The translations under genes and the position numbers were made by a program. The notes under the pieces are model-generated. The model saw nothing but the letters and a program-made list of their open reading frames with translations. It made no database searches and was not told the DNA's origin. From Squalus acanthias (Eukaryota), in contig CM059432.1 of NCBI GenBank assembly GCA_030390025.1, forward strand, positions 41,418,001 to 41,482,000: DNA of 64,000 nt, read 5' to 3'. Of this stretch, positions 63,698 to 64,000 are shown one piece after another (the stretch's first letter is position 1; each line of letters begins with the position of its first letter).

Positions 63698-64000
63698 GGG
63701 GGAAAAATTCAGTTGCTTGCGCCTCCCATTAGCGCCTTAAGAGGGCGCTAATGGGGCGTAAAGCAGCTAACGCCCGGGCGCAGCGCCACCCACGCCTCCC
63801 GAAAAATTCAGCGGGAGGTTAGCGGCGGTGGCAGCCGGTAGCGCCCTGTGGCGCTGCGCCGCCGGCGATGACGTCATCGCCGTGCGCAGCACCCCGCTCG
63901 CGCTCCAGCCGTGATCTTCAGTCGCGCCCCCTGATTTACCACCAGACGCTATGTCCGACGGGTTCAGGGAGGCGTACGTGCGGCCGGGGCGGCGATATTT
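63698..64000. mobile_element. Harbinger-type MITE, cut by the window end
   Basis: gggggaaaaattcagttg TIR and TAGCGC repeats like the ends at 19179 and 7062. Confidence 0.8.

Overview
Eukaryotic, repeat-dense vertebrate DNA. The repeat repertoire (Deu-domain SINEs, LF-SINEs, CR1/L2 LINEs, GC-rich Harbinger MITEs) suggests a cartilaginous fish, which is an inference. The only host gene seen is the 3' end of a cadherin-17 (LI-cadherin)-like gene on +: two coding exons at 20994-21110 and 21236-21339 and a polyA signal at 21826. I found no upstream exon, so positions 1-20993 appear to be one large intron. Most of the remainder is nested transposable elements: a full-length but inactivated PIF/Harbinger (transposase plus spliced Myb/SANT gene), a second internally deleted Harbinger, more than ten Harbinger-type MITEs (most with 3-bp TSDs), a Tigger-like MITE, CR1 and L2 LINEs, SINEs, and five solo-LTR-like elements. 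Notable observations: (i) a single-ORF LINE whose 5' end is a tRNA-derived SINE head, inserted as one unit (40082-43203); (ii) two inverted, locally templated insertions (14311-14425 copied from 25238-25352; 28427-28465 copied from ~27737-27767); (iii) a near-perfect 1517-bp tandem duplication; (iv) two long LTR-like elements sharing a short hairpin block. Most ORFs in the supplied track are spurious or TE fragments. Family names come from recognition by eye and were not confirmed by database search.
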